This document shows, one piece after another, positions 17,289 to 26,487 of a stretch of DNA of 32,000 nt (the stretch's first letter is position 1; each line of letters starts with the position of its first letter). The translations under genes were made by a program, and so were the position numbers. This DNA is from Chlamydiota bacterium. GTDB lineage: Bacteria; Auribacterota; JACPWU01. Below the pieces are notes generated by a model, which saw only the letters and a list, made by a program, of their open reading frames with translations, had not been told where the DNA came from and did not search any database. The stretch spans positions 30,001 to 62,000 of the forward strand of contig JACPWU010000020.1 in the NCBI GenBank assembly GCA_016196885.1, read 5' to 3'.

Positions 17289-18704
17289 TTAAAACTCCAT
17301 CCTGTTCATCATCAACCCCGTCATCAACTTCGGATAAAAATCTGTGGACTTCTGGGGCATCCTCTCCTGGCCAAAGGCAACATCCTTCACCTGAAGAGGT
17401 TGAGTCGGATTTAAAAAGAAGGCCAGCTGGGACCCCCCTCGATGAACAGCCTCCAAAGCCTCACCTATTTCCCGACAGTAAGAAACGCACGTTTCATTAC
17501 GCACGGCCTCTGGATCAATCCCCAAAACTTTTTCCAAAATTAAATGGTGTAGAACCACAACGTCCAATCCACGCCAGCCCTGAGAATGCTTCTCCTTAAA
17601 GAAATCTTGGGGCACAGAACTTTTAGGATAATGCAAAAGAACAAATTCATCAGAACCATAGTAAAGACCCAAGGTATGCCCCTCTGGGTCTTCCCCTTTC
17701 ATTTTCTCTCGAATGAACTCACTGCGATGATCTTTAGGAAGCTTCAAACGCTTCGGATGAAAATCCTTTTTCAGCAATTCCTGAAGATTCATCATTTTCT
17801 CATCTGAAACATTTCTCACCAAACGATGCGTCGGCAAAATCACCAATCCCTCATCATATAAATTCACAAAGGCCATCATGGCATAATCAAAGGGCTGACT
17901 TCCATCAATACCCCCTCTTAGATAAGAGGGGTCTGGGGAGTTAATTCCATCAATACCCCCTCTTAGATAAGAGGGGTCTGGGGAGTTAATTCCTTTTACC
18001 CCCTGTATCCTCTTGGCCATCTCCTCACGAAAATTGAGTGCTGTCTCATAACGATGATGGCCATCGGCAATCAATAATTTCTTAGATTTCATCAGGGCCT
18101 GCAATTGAGGCAATACCTCTTTGTCATGAATGGCCCACAAGCGATGATCCACTTTATAATCTTTGTCCGTAAAATTAAACATGGCCTGAGTTGGCCGCTT
18201 AGAATTGAGAAGTTCCATCACCTCCTTCTTACGGTCCTCGTAGAGCATAAAAATCAATCCAAAATGAGTTTGAGTAGCCCTCAAATGATTGAGCCGATCC
18301 GCCTTGGGCTTGGAAAGCGTCTCTTCATGGGGATAAACCTCTCCCTCCCCATATTTCTGAAGGAGCCCCAAGGCAATAAAAGCCTGCCTCTTTTTTCTTT
18401 GCCCAAAAACCGTAAACTCCTGATCGTAGCAATAAATCGCGCTCTCTTGATTTTGAACAAAAACACCCGACTTCACCCATTCTTGAAGAAGCTTTCCTTG
18501 AGTCTCATAAGTCGCGGCCACTTTAGAGGCATGAGAAGAGGGCACCTCTTTTAAAATAAGGCGAACGGCATTGCATGGGTCCCGCGTCAGATAGGATTGA
18601 TAAAGCTTGGCATCAATTTTGTCATAAGGTTGAGTAATGACATTTTCTATCTTTATTTTTTTAGAATTGTAATACGTGCCTTTAAAAGGTTTAATCACTG
18701 CCAT
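17289..18704 (-). CDS. DUF1015-family protein carrying an in-frame repeat insertion
   Basis: 471 aa with the conserved LLIADGHHRYETAL and ILPTHRL motifs of DUF1015. Residues GINSPDPSYLRGGID x2 are encoded by a 2 x 45 bp tandem copy of the GC-rich repeat. Confidence 0.75.
   Translation of the reverse strand: MAVIKPFKGTYYNSKKIKIENVITQPYDKIDAKLYQSYLTRDPCNAVRLILKEVPSSHASKVAATYETQGKLLQEWVKSGVFVQNQESAIYCYDQEFTVFGQRKKRQAFIALGLLQKYGEGEVYPHEETLSKPKADRLNHLRATQTHFGLIFMLYEDRKKEVMELLNSKRPTQAMFNFTDKDYKVDHRLWAIHDKEVLPQLQALMKSKKLLIADGHHRYETALNFREEMAKRIQGVKGINSPDPSYLRGGIDGINSPDPSYLRGGIDGSQPFDYAMMAFVNLYDEGLVILPTHRLVRNVSDEKMMNLQELLKKDFHPKRLKLPKDHRSEFIREKMKGEDPEGHTLGLYYGSDEFVLLHYPKSSVPQDFFKEKHSQGWRGLDVVVLHHLILEKVLGIDPEAVRNETCVSYCREIGEALEAVHRGGSQLAFFLNPTQPLQVKDVAFGQERMPQKSTDFYPKLMTGLMMNRMEF
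17901..17990. repeat. perfect 2 x 45 bp tandem of a GC-rich half-element (G4), in-frame inside the DUF1015 CDS
   Basis: TCCATCAATACCCCCTCTTAGATAAGAGGGGTCTGGGGAGTTAAT occurs at 17901-17945 and identically at 17946-17990. Confidence 0.95.
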
Positions 18705-18735
18705 AGCATGTTTCCTTTATTCAAATAAAAACCAT

Positions 18736-18880
18736 TTAACTCCCCCAACCCCTCTTTCCCGTGGAGACTATAAAAGCTTGAAATAAGAGGGGAGTAGACT
18801 CTCCCCTTATTTCAAGTTCTTACAAGATTTTATAGTCCCCGCGGGATAGTCCCTGTGGGAAAGGGGAGTTGGAGGGGTTA
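18736..18880. repeat. GC-rich palindromic element, long nested palindrome (G5)
   Basis: Termini TTAACTCCCCCAACCCCTCTTTCCC and GGGAAAGGGGAGTTGGAGGGGTTA. Inner inverted repeats GGAGACTATAAAA/TTTTATAGTCCCC and CTTGAAATAAGAGGGGA/CTCCCCTTATTTCAAG surround the centre GTAGACT. Confidence 0.9.
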
Positions 18881-19394
18881 TTTTATTCTCCTTCAATCTG
18901 TTCCTCACCCGATTAAAAAACTCTAACGCCCTCTCATCCTTATAGTCCTGATACGTCCAGGGCCAGGGATGAAAAACTTTATCTTTAAAGTAAAGCGTTG
19001 ATTGAGCGTAAATCCCCCGCCCTAAATAAATTCGATACGTTGCAGGCTTGGTGGTTGCTAAAACAATTTTGTCTAGATCAATATAGCCCGGATCAATGTT
19101 CCAAATTCTGTTCTGGCCTGAGGCCTCTTTTAGTTCCATCTCATTGGAAGCCCATTTTAACTCTCGGATATCTTCCGGAGAAATCAATTTCTCGAAGGCA
19201 TAAAAAGAGCGAATTAAATTTGCCCCCAGTTCAGACTCATAATATTTTGTAAAATCAAAGGGGAAAGGCTCCATTTGATCTTCAAAAGGGCCCCACGCCT
19301 GCTCTAAAAGACCCTCCACCTCTTTTAATCGGGATGGCGCTACAATCACGGCCGCAAAAAGCTTGACTGGCTCAGGAAATCGAGGGGCTCCCAT
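18807..19394 (-). CDS. DUF4416-family protein with repeat-encoded C-terminal tail
   Basis: FDFTKYYESELG...NIDPGYIDLDKIVLATTK...YRIYLGRGIYAQSTL...WTYQDY matches my memory of DUF4416. The last 24 aa (ITPPTPLSHRDYPAGTIKSCKNLK) are read from the repeat at 18736-18880. Confidence 0.6.
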   Translation of the reverse strand: MGAPRFPEPVKLFAAVIVAPSRLKEVEGLLEQAWGPFEDQMEPFPFDFTKYYESELGANLIRSFYAFEKLISPEDIRELKWASNEMELKEASGQNRIWNIDPGYIDLDKIVLATTKPATYRIYLGRGIYAQSTLYFKDKVFHPWPWTYQDYKDERALEFFNRVRNRLKENKITPPTPLSHRDYPAGTIKSCKNLK

Positions 19395-20592
19395 CTTTCA
19401 TCTCTTTCTGGACACTCTTCACAATCTCTTTTTGTTTCAAAAGGCTGTCATAAGAAAATAAAACGATGCCACCTGAAGAAATTTGCAACGTCTCCTTAAA
19501 CTCCTTTTCAAAATCCTTTGGATTCTTTTCAAAAAGATAGGCCCCCAATCCAATCCAAACATTTTTTTTCTGTGAAACCCCAAGCGCCATTTTAGAAAGC
19601 ATCTGGGCCAAATGTAAGTCTAAAGTATAATTCATACTCACCACAAAATCCACTTTCTCTTCCATCGCCCATCGAGACCAATCCTGGAACGAAGAAAAAT
19701 AGCTCCTCTCGGGCCAAGGAAGTACTGCACAAGAAAGTTCTAGATACGAATTCTTTGTTCGAAGCATTTTTCTTGTCTGATCTATCAAAGAAGTAATTTG
19801 ATTGCGCCGCCACTCATCCCACAACATATGATTTTCAACGGTTCTCTCCATATGAAAAGGATTTAGACCATAAGCCTTTTGAAATCTCTCCACACTTCTT
19901 TCTCCATACCCAAATTCAAGCCCTCTTGTGAACGCATAATAAGAACCCGGCAAAAAGGGGGAAGCAAAAGGATATCGAACAAAGTCAAAATGGATCCCGT
20001 CCACGCCAGGATAGTTCTGAATCAACTCACTGACGACACTTAAGAGATAGGTCTGAACACGATCATCGCCCGGATCCAGCCAGTAGCCGTCCTCTCCATA
20101 AGAGTACCAGCCTGCCTCAGGCGCTGGAACTTGAAAGTTGTGGTAATCTAGCATGGATCTGGCCTTTTGATCGCGTGTGATAATGCCTCGACCCAGTTTC
20201 TTGACAATCGGCACATTTAAATCTTTTCCAATCCAATAAACATTAACCCAGGCATGAATTTTTAAATTCCTTCGATGGGCCTCTTCAATGGCAAAAGCCA
20301 GAGGATCCATTTTTTCTTTTTTATAAATTTCTTGGAATGGGCTCTCATCCGCTATTTGAGAGCGATACCAAGAATGATTCCTGCGATAAACCTGTAAAAA
20401 AATATCTTTTGCCCCTAAATCTTTTGCAAAATCCAACATCTGAGTGATCTTTCCACGACTGGAAAGTGTCTGATTATCAGACTCACAAGGTACCCAAAGA
20501 CCTAGAGGAGGTTTAGCTTTTTCAGCATTTAAGAAGGTAGAGAAACAATAAAAAAGGAGAAAGAAACTAAATAAGGAAGAATATTTTTTCAT
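19372..20592 (-). CDS. glycoside-hydrolase-like family 10 (GHL10/DUF187) secreted protein
   Basis: 406 aa with an N-terminal signal peptide (MKKYSSLFSFFLLFYCFSTFLNA). TIM-barrel-like motifs (IHAWVNVY, GIHFDFVRYP) are as in YngK-type GHL10 proteins. Confidence 0.6.
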   Translation of the reverse strand: MKKYSSLFSFFLLFYCFSTFLNAEKAKPPLGLWVPCESDNQTLSSRGKITQMLDFAKDLGAKDIFLQVYRRNHSWYRSQIADESPFQEIYKKEKMDPLAFAIEEAHRRNLKIHAWVNVYWIGKDLNVPIVKKLGRGIITRDQKARSMLDYHNFQVPAPEAGWYSYGEDGYWLDPGDDRVQTYLLSVVSELIQNYPGVDGIHFDFVRYPFASPFLPGSYYAFTRGLEFGYGERSVERFQKAYGLNPFHMERTVENHMLWDEWRRNQITSLIDQTRKMLRTKNSYLELSCAVLPWPERSYFSSFQDWSRWAMEEKVDFVVSMNYTLDLHLAQMLSKMALGVSQKKNVWIGLGAYLFEKNPKDFEKEFKETLQISSGGIVLFSYDSLLKQKEIVKSVQKEMKDGSPSIS

Positions 20593-20594
20593 TT

Positions 20595-21872
20595 TTAATT
20601 TTTCATTTTTAACTGCGTCAACCCAATATCCTTACGATAATGCATTTTCTCAAATTGAATTTTTTCTGCAGCTCGATACGCATTGGATCTTGCTTCAGAA
20701 AAATTTTTTCCTAAAGCGCTAATACACAGAACACGACCTCCGCTCGTTAGATAACGCCCATCCATTTTTTGAGTCCCGGCATGAAAAACAAAAACATTTT
20801 TTTCCTTAGCCAGACCGTTCAACCCCTGAATCTCATATCCGTTTTGATAAGTTCCTGGATAACCTCCCGAAACCATCACCACACCGAGCGCTACCTCATC
20901 TGAAATTTCAACTTTTATAGGAGAGAGTTTTCCTTCAGTACAGGCCAGTAAAATAGGTAAAAGATCCCCTTTCAAACGAGGAAGAATGACTTCCGTCTCA
21001 GGGTCCCCGAAGCGAACGTTGAACTCAAGCACTTGGGGTCCTTGACGGGTGAGCATCAACCCCGCATAAAGAACCCCTTGATAAGAAACACCTTCCTTGG
21101 CCATTCCCGTAAGAAGCGGATCAAAAACTTCGCGCATGATTTTTTCTTTCAGTCGAGAATCCGCTTCCGGAACAGGACTGAAAGCCCCCATTCCCCCAGT
21201 GTTAGGACCCTCGTCGTGATCGAAAACCCTCTTGTGATCCCGCGCCTCAGGAAGAGGGGCAAAGGTTTTTCCATCCGAAAAAACCAAAAAAGACATTTCT
21301 CTGCCGACCAGACATTTTTCAATCAGCACCTCGTGACCGGCATTTCCAAAAATCTTTTTCACCATCACCTCTTGAGTAAAGGAATGGGCCTCTTCAAAAT
21401 TTTCTGCAACCAAAACACCTTTTCCCGAGGCCAGACCATCGGCTTTAATCACAAGAGGGTATTGTACTTTTTTTAAATAATTCTGAGCTGCTTCAAATTC
21501 ACAGAAAACCTCATAAGGGGCTGTAGGAATCCCATACTTCTTCATCATTTTTTTAGCAAAAATCTTACTTCCCTCTAGACGGGCCGCAGATTGACAGGGA
21601 CCAAAAATTTTAAGCCCTTTTTTCTCAAAGGTATCCACGATTCCTAAGGTCAGAGGTAGTTCAGGCCCTACAACAGTAAGGTCTATTTTTTGACTAGAGG
21701 CGAAATCCAAAAGGCGGGAAATATCCTGAACAGGAATATCCACATTTTCAGCAAGATCCGAAATGCCTCCATTCCCTGGAGCGCAATAAATTTTCTTCAC
21801 CCATGGGCTTTGAGAAATTTTCCATACGAGCGCGTGCTCCCTCCCCCCACCGCCAATCACCAAAACTTTCAT
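20595..21872 (-). CDS. purD: phosphoribosylamine--glycine ligase
   Basis: 425 aa beginning MKVLVIGGGGREHAL, with an ATP-grasp core and typical PurD layout. Confidence 0.96.
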   Translation of the reverse strand: MKVLVIGGGGREHALVWKISQSPWVKKIYCAPGNGGISDLAENVDIPVQDISRLLDFASSQKIDLTVVGPELPLTLGIVDTFEKKGLKIFGPCQSAARLEGSKIFAKKMMKKYGIPTAPYEVFCEFEAAQNYLKKVQYPLVIKADGLASGKGVLVAENFEEAHSFTQEVMVKKIFGNAGHEVLIEKCLVGREMSFLVFSDGKTFAPLPEARDHKRVFDHDEGPNTGGMGAFSPVPEADSRLKEKIMREVFDPLLTGMAKEGVSYQGVLYAGLMLTRQGPQVLEFNVRFGDPETEVILPRLKGDLLPILLACTEGKLSPIKVEISDEVALGVVMVSGGYPGTYQNGYEIQGLNGLAKEKNVFVFHAGTQKMDGRYLTSGGRVLCISALGKNFSEARSNAYRAAEKIQFEKMHYRKDIGLTQLKMKN

Positions 21873-21911
21873 CTGGAAATTTCCATAATATGTTTAGATG
21901 TCATATCACTG

Positions 21912-22052
21912 CTATCGATTAGGTTTCCAAGCAACAGTTTTCGAAAGCAAATCGCAAATCAATTGATTGAGAGAAATATGATGTTTTTTAGCATAGTCCT
22001 TGCTCATCTTAAGTAGATCTTCTGGTATAGATAAAGTAATACGCTTTATCAT
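21912..22052 (-). CDS. small ribbon-helix-helix (CopG/antitoxin-like) ORF, orphan
   Basis: My own translation (not in the track) gives MIKRITLSIPEDLLKMSKDYAKKHHISLNQLICDLLSKTVAWKPNR. The beta-strand (ITLSIP) plus two short helices pattern is typical of RHH proteins. No partner toxin ORF is adjacent. Confidence 0.4.
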   Translation of the reverse strand: MIKRITLSIPEDLLKMSKDYAKKHHISLNQLICDLLSKTVAWKPNR

Positions 22053-22131
22053 ACAAAGCCTCTTTCAATTCATAAGAATAAAAGCGCACCTTGAGCAAGC
22101 TACATTGCAATGTCATTTTCCACTTCTATTA

Positions 22132-22168
22132 GTAGGTGGCCTACACCATACACCATGGGTGTACCCTG
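22132..22168. repeat. short heptamer-word/hairpin cluster just downstream of the purH stop (E7)
   Basis: The minus strand reads GGGTACACC CAT GGTGTAT GGTGTAG GCCACCTAC. It contains two GGTGTAN words, a TACACC/GGTGTA stem and a GTAGG..CCTAC stem. Confidence 0.45.
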
Positions 22169-22172
22169 GAGT

Positions 22173-23741
22173 TTAATGCCTAAAATGTCGCATACCCGTC
22201 AGAACCATGGCAAGCCCCTTTTCGTCGCAGGCTCGGATCACTTCCTCATCGCGAATGGAACCACCGGGTTGAATGACAGCCTTGATGCCAGCCTGCGCTG
22301 CCACATCAATTCCGTCTCTGAAGGGAAAGAAGGCGTCTGAGGCCATGACGGATCCTTTAGGATCTTTTTGAGATTTCATGAGGGCAATTTTAACAGAATC
22401 CACGCGGGACATTTGTCCGGCGCCCATGCCGATGGTTTCCTTGCCCTTCGCAAAAACAATGGCATTGCTGCGCACATGTTTACACACGGTCCACGCAAAA
22501 AGAAGGCCCTCCATCTCTTCTCGCGTCGGCTGGCGGTGTGTCACCCCCTTTAAATTTTCCTTTTCCAATAAAAGTCCATCTATTTCCTGAAGCAAAAGTC
22601 CTCCTCCGATCTTTTTAAAATCGTACTCGATTTGGCTTGTTGTACGCCTTCTCCCTAACGAGTCCAAAGAAAGCAGCATTAAATTTTTCTTCTTTTTAAA
22701 TTCTGATAAAGCCTCTTCTGAAAAAGCAGGAGCCACAATCGCCTCTACAAAACCTTGAGTAATCTTGACCGCCAAAGAGCCTTCTACCTTGCAATTAAAG
22801 GCAAGTACCCCTCCAAAGGCAGACACTGGATCTGTCTCAATAGACTTTGCGAATGCTTCATCTAAGGTCTTTCCGAGAGCGACACCGCAAGGATTGTTAT
22901 GTTTAATAATCACTGAGGCAGGTTCTAAAAATTCTTCCACGAGACGACAGGCCGCATCCAAATCCAGCAAATTATTAAAGGAGAGAGTTTTTCCAGATAA
23001 TTGTTTGGCAGAAACAATCCCTGAACCACTCTCCCTAAATTCTCGGTAAAGAGCAGCCTTTTGATGAGGGTTTTCCCCATACCTTAAATCATCCACCTTT
23101 TCAAATTTCAAAACCAACTCTTCGGGAAAAGAAGTGGCTGCATGGGGACGCGTTAAACCTTCCAGAAAATGAGCAATCAGCGAATCATAATGGGCCGTAT
23201 GCGCAAAGGCCTCTTGAGCCAATCTCAATCGGAAACCATCGCTCAAGGTACAATGATGCTGTTTTAACTCATCCAAAACCAAAGAATATTTTCCGGGATT
23301 CACGACGACGGCCACTGACTGATAATTCTTCGAGGAGGACCTCAGCATGGCAGGTCCTCCAATATCAATATTTTCAATGGCTTCTTCCAAACGGACGCCC
23401 TCTTTCGAAATGGTTTCTTCAAAGGGATAGAGATTCACCACCACCAAATCAATGGGAAGAATGTTATGCTCTTGCATTTGCTGAACATGAGAGGGATTGG
23501 TTCTAACCCCCAGCAATGCACCATGGACTTTGGGATGAAGCGTCTTCACACGCCCATCTAAAATTTCAGGAAATCCAGTAAAGTCTGAAATGAGTTTCAC
23601 CCGGATTCCAGCATCTTTCAAAATTTTTGCAGTCCCACCCGTAGAAATAATTTCAACGCCCAATTCATTTAAAGCAGTTGCAAATTCCGCAATCCCTTTC
23701 TTATCCGAAACACTGATAATGGCTCGCTCAATTTTTGTCAT
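22173..23741 (-). CDS. purH: bifunctional AICAR transformylase / IMP cyclohydrolase
   Basis: 522 aa with an MGS-like N-domain (ALISVSDK-type: [10 protein letters not shown]) and an AICARFT C-domain ending in MRHFRH. Confidence 0.96.
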   Translation of the reverse strand: MTKIERAIISVSDKKGIAEFATALNELGVEIISTGGTAKILKDAGIRVKLISDFTGFPEILDGRVKTLHPKVHGALLGVRTNPSHVQQMQEHNILPIDLVVVNLYPFEETISKEGVRLEEAIENIDIGGPAMLRSSSKNYQSVAVVVNPGKYSLVLDELKQHHCTLSDGFRLRLAQEAFAHTAHYDSLIAHFLEGLTRPHAATSFPEELVLKFEKVDDLRYGENPHQKAALYREFRESGSGIVSAKQLSGKTLSFNNLLDLDAACRLVEEFLEPASVIIKHNNPCGVALGKTLDEAFAKSIETDPVSAFGGVLAFNCKVEGSLAVKITQGFVEAIVAPAFSEEALSEFKKKKNLMLLSLDSLGRRRTTSQIEYDFKKIGGGLLLQEIDGLLLEKENLKGVTHRQPTREEMEGLLFAWTVCKHVRSNAIVFAKGKETIGMGAGQMSRVDSVKIALMKSQKDPKGSVMASDAFFPFRDGIDVAAQAGIKAVIQPGGSIRDEEVIRACDEKGLAMVLTGMRHFRH

Positions 23742-23771
23742 GCTTTTACATGCTCCTCATTTCCACATTCA

Positions 23772-24818
23772 TTAATCCACCATCTCCACCGAAGTATTTC
23801 CTTTCACAATTTCTCCAATCACTTTTCCCTCGAATCCCTCTTTCTTAAAAAGCTTTTGAGCCTGGCCCAAATCTTTCGAAGAAAGAATAATCACAATTCC
23901 AATCCCCATATTAAACGTATGATACATATCCTCTTCAGATACATTTCCAAATTTCTGAATCAATTTAAAAATAGGTAAAACACTCCAAGCACTCTTTCGA
24001 ATACGAGCCTTACAGCCTTTGGGAAGGACACGCGGAATATTCCCGGAAAAACCTCCGCCGGTAATATGAGAAATCGCATGGATCTTTACTTTTTCATATA
24101 CCTTTAAAATGGCATTGCTGTAACAGGTATGGGGTTTTAGCAATGCCTCCCCAACGGGGCATCCCAATTCCACAATTTTTTGATCAACTGTCCAATTCAT
24201 CTTTTCGAAAAAAACTTTTCGCGCCAGAGAATAACCATTGGTGTGAAGCCCGTTGGAAGGAAGCCCTAAAATCACATCCCCTGGTTTTACTTTTGATCCA
24301 TCTATGATTCTATCTTTTTGGACGACTCCAACAAGGGTCCCCACCAAATCATAATCCCCCTCTTGATACATCCCCGGCATCTCAGCCGTCTCTCCGCCAA
24401 TCAGCGCACATCCTGCATTTAAACATCCTTGAATGAGTCCTCGAATAAGCTCATCCCCCACTTCAGGATTCAAACGACCCGTCCCAATATAATCCAAAAA
24501 GAAAAGAGGTTTGGCTCCCTGAACCACAATATCATTGGCACAATGACTGACAATATCAATCCCCACGGTGTCATGCCTATTCATCAGGCCGGCCACTTTT
24601 AATTTTGTCCCGACCCCATCCACGCTCGAAACCAAGACAGGATTTTTATATTTTTTTCTATCGAGAGAGAAAAGCCCACCAAACCCTCCAATTTTTGAAA
24701 GCACCTCAGGCCCATAAGTCTGGTGAATGGGCTTTGCAATCCCCTTCTTAAACCGGTCCAATTTTGGAATATTGACACCTGCTTCTTGATACGTGAGTGT
24801 TTGAGTCATGATATGCAT
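23772..24818 (-). CDS. purM: phosphoribosylformylglycinamidine cyclo-ligase (AIR synthase)
   Basis: 348 aa with YQEAGVNI, DGVGTK and GGETAEMPG motifs. The start could also be ATG 24809. Confidence 0.95.
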   Translation of the reverse strand: MHIMTQTLTYQEAGVNIPKLDRFKKGIAKPIHQTYGPEVLSKIGGFGGLFSLDRKKYKNPVLVSSVDGVGTKLKVAGLMNRHDTVGIDIVSHCANDIVVQGAKPLFFLDYIGTGRLNPEVGDELIRGLIQGCLNAGCALIGGETAEMPGMYQEGDYDLVGTLVGVVQKDRIIDGSKVKPGDVILGLPSNGLHTNGYSLARKVFFEKMNWTVDQKIVELGCPVGEALLKPHTCYSNAILKVYEKVKIHAISHITGGGFSGNIPRVLPKGCKARIRKSAWSVLPIFKLIQKFGNVSEEDMYHTFNMGIGIVIILSSKDLGQAQKLFKKEGFEGKVIGEIVKGNTSVEMVD

Positions 24819-24842
24819 CCTTTAAAAGAAATTTCCAATGAT

Positions 24843-25072
24843 CAATAACAAATGTCAAATAAATCTCCAATTCTCCAATGTCCAATTGGATATTGAGTCA
24901 TGGGTCATTCATTTGCTATGAAAGTGAAGCTCATTCTGTAGTCGCCCCATTTATGGGGCTGCCCGATGAATCGGGCGACTACAAAAAAAGCATGATGGGG
25001 AGAACTTTCATCGCACACGATGATCTCGAAAGATCATTAAAATTGATATTTGAAATTGGAAATTTGTCATTG
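24843..25072. repeat. AT-rich word-array palindrome (E3) wrapping REPIN-like copy B
   Basis: The left arm is CTCCAATT CTCCAATG TCCAATTG (24865-24888). The right arm is ATTGATA TTTGAAA TTGGAAA TTTGTCA (25042-25069). The outer ends CAATAACAAAT and ATTTGTCATTG are complementary. It fills the purF-purM spacer. Confidence 0.7.
24900..25044 (-). repeat. REPIN-like element, copy B (inverted relative to copy A)
   Basis: The reverse complement aligns with 15059-15240. The core GTAGTCGCCCCATTTATGGGGCTGCCCGATGAATCGGGCGACTAC spans 24938-24982. It lacks the two 23-25 nt segments present in copy A. Confidence 0.85.
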
Positions 25073-25075
25073 TCT

Positions 25076-26467
25076 CTATAAAACAATTTTCTTTCTCTTC
25101 TTTTCCATGATTAATTTATGAATACCTTCTTCTACGGGAACGGGATATTCTTTGGTGTAGCAAGCAGTGCAAAATCCAATGTCAAGACCAGACATGGCCC
25201 TCAGCATGCCCTCTTTACTTAAATAACCCAGGCTGTCCGCCTCTAAATAAGATTTGATTTCATCCAAGCTGTGAGAAGAAGCAATCAATTCGGCTGTAGA
25301 AGGAAAATCAATCCCATAATAACAGGGGCTTACATGCGGGGGGCAGCTGATTCTCACATGCACTTCCCTTGCCCCTGCGTCCCTTAAAATACGTACGCGA
25401 GAACGACTCGTCGTCCCTCTCACAATAGAGTCGTCCACGACCACCACACGTTTGCCTTCGATCACTTCCCGAATCGGATTTAATTTAATCGTAACGCCCA
25501 AGTCTCGAATGAATTGACTGGGCTGCAAGAAAGTTCTCCCCACATAATGGTTGCGGATAAATCCCATTTCCAAAGGAATGCCTGACGCTTCTGAATATCC
25601 CATGGCCGCAGAATTTCCAGAATCCGGGACCGGAATCACAACATCGGCTTGGGCAGGATGCTCTTGAGCCAATTCCACACCCAATTTCTTGCGAATAGAA
25701 TGAACACTCTTGCCCATCATCCAACTATCAGGACGCGCAAAATAAATATTTTCAAAAATGCAAAAAGAAGTTGGGGTCTCGGTAAAAGGCTTGATCGAGC
25801 GAATGAGATTTTTGCCAATAAAAACAATTTCTCCCGGCTCTACATCCCGAATAAAATTTGCCCCGATTAAATCCAACGCACAAGTTTCAGAAGCCAAGAC
25901 ATAAGCCCCCTCTTTTTCGCCGATACACAAAGGCCTAAACCCGTTTGGATCCCGGACTCCAACAATTTCATCCTCCCACAAAATGACAAGTGTATAAGCG
26001 CCTCTCACCCTTTTAAGACTGTCAACCAATGCCTCTTCTCGAGATTGGAGAGAAGACCGTGCAATCAAGTGAAGAAAAATCTCGCTGTCTACCGTGGTCT
26101 GGAAAATAGAACCCTGTTTTTCTAATTCTTCCCGCAATTCGCGAGCATTCACCAAATTTCCATTGTGCCCAATCGCCAAATCTCCCTTTGAACAACTCAC
26201 CAAAATAGGCTGGGCATTTTCAATCATGCTGGAGCCTGTGGTCGAATAACGTACATGCCCAATGGCAATAGAGCCTGTCAAATCCTTTAAGACCTTCTCG
26301 TGAAAAACCTCTCCCACCAAGCCCATGCCCTTATGCACCTTCAGGCTCTTCCCATCGCTCGTCACAATCCCAGCAGACTCCTGACCCCGATGCTGAAGCG
26401 CATAGAGTCCCAAGTAGGTCAAATGGGACGCATTCTCATTTCCATAAATCCCGAAGACACCGCACAT
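25076..26467 (-). CDS. purF: amidophosphoribosyltransferase
   Basis: The N-terminus MCGVFGIYG carries the Ntn-amidotransferase catalytic Cys. The PRTase motif VVVVDDSIVRGTT is also present. Confidence 0.96.
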   Translation of the reverse strand: MCGVFGIYGNENASHLTYLGLYALQHRGQESAGIVTSDGKSLKVHKGMGLVGEVFHEKVLKDLTGSIAIGHVRYSTTGSSMIENAQPILVSCSKGDLAIGHNGNLVNARELREELEKQGSIFQTTVDSEIFLHLIARSSLQSREEALVDSLKRVRGAYTLVILWEDEIVGVRDPNGFRPLCIGEKEGAYVLASETCALDLIGANFIRDVEPGEIVFIGKNLIRSIKPFTETPTSFCIFENIYFARPDSWMMGKSVHSIRKKLGVELAQEHPAQADVVIPVPDSGNSAAMGYSEASGIPLEMGFIRNHYVGRTFLQPSQFIRDLGVTIKLNPIREVIEGKRVVVVDDSIVRGTTSRSRVRILRDAGAREVHVRISCPPHVSPCYYGIDFPSTAELIASSHSLDEIKSYLEADSLGYLSKEGMLRAMSGLDIGFCTACYTKEYPVPVEEGIHKLIMEKKRKKIVL

Positions 26468-26487
26468 AGATTAGGATCCTTGTGTAA

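Noticed and set aside
17901-17990. Direct repeats that might be mistaken for a mini CRISPR array
   Set aside because: The two 45-bp units are contiguous with no spacers and lie in frame inside a conserved CDS. They match a dispersed palindromic repeat family, and no cas genes are present.
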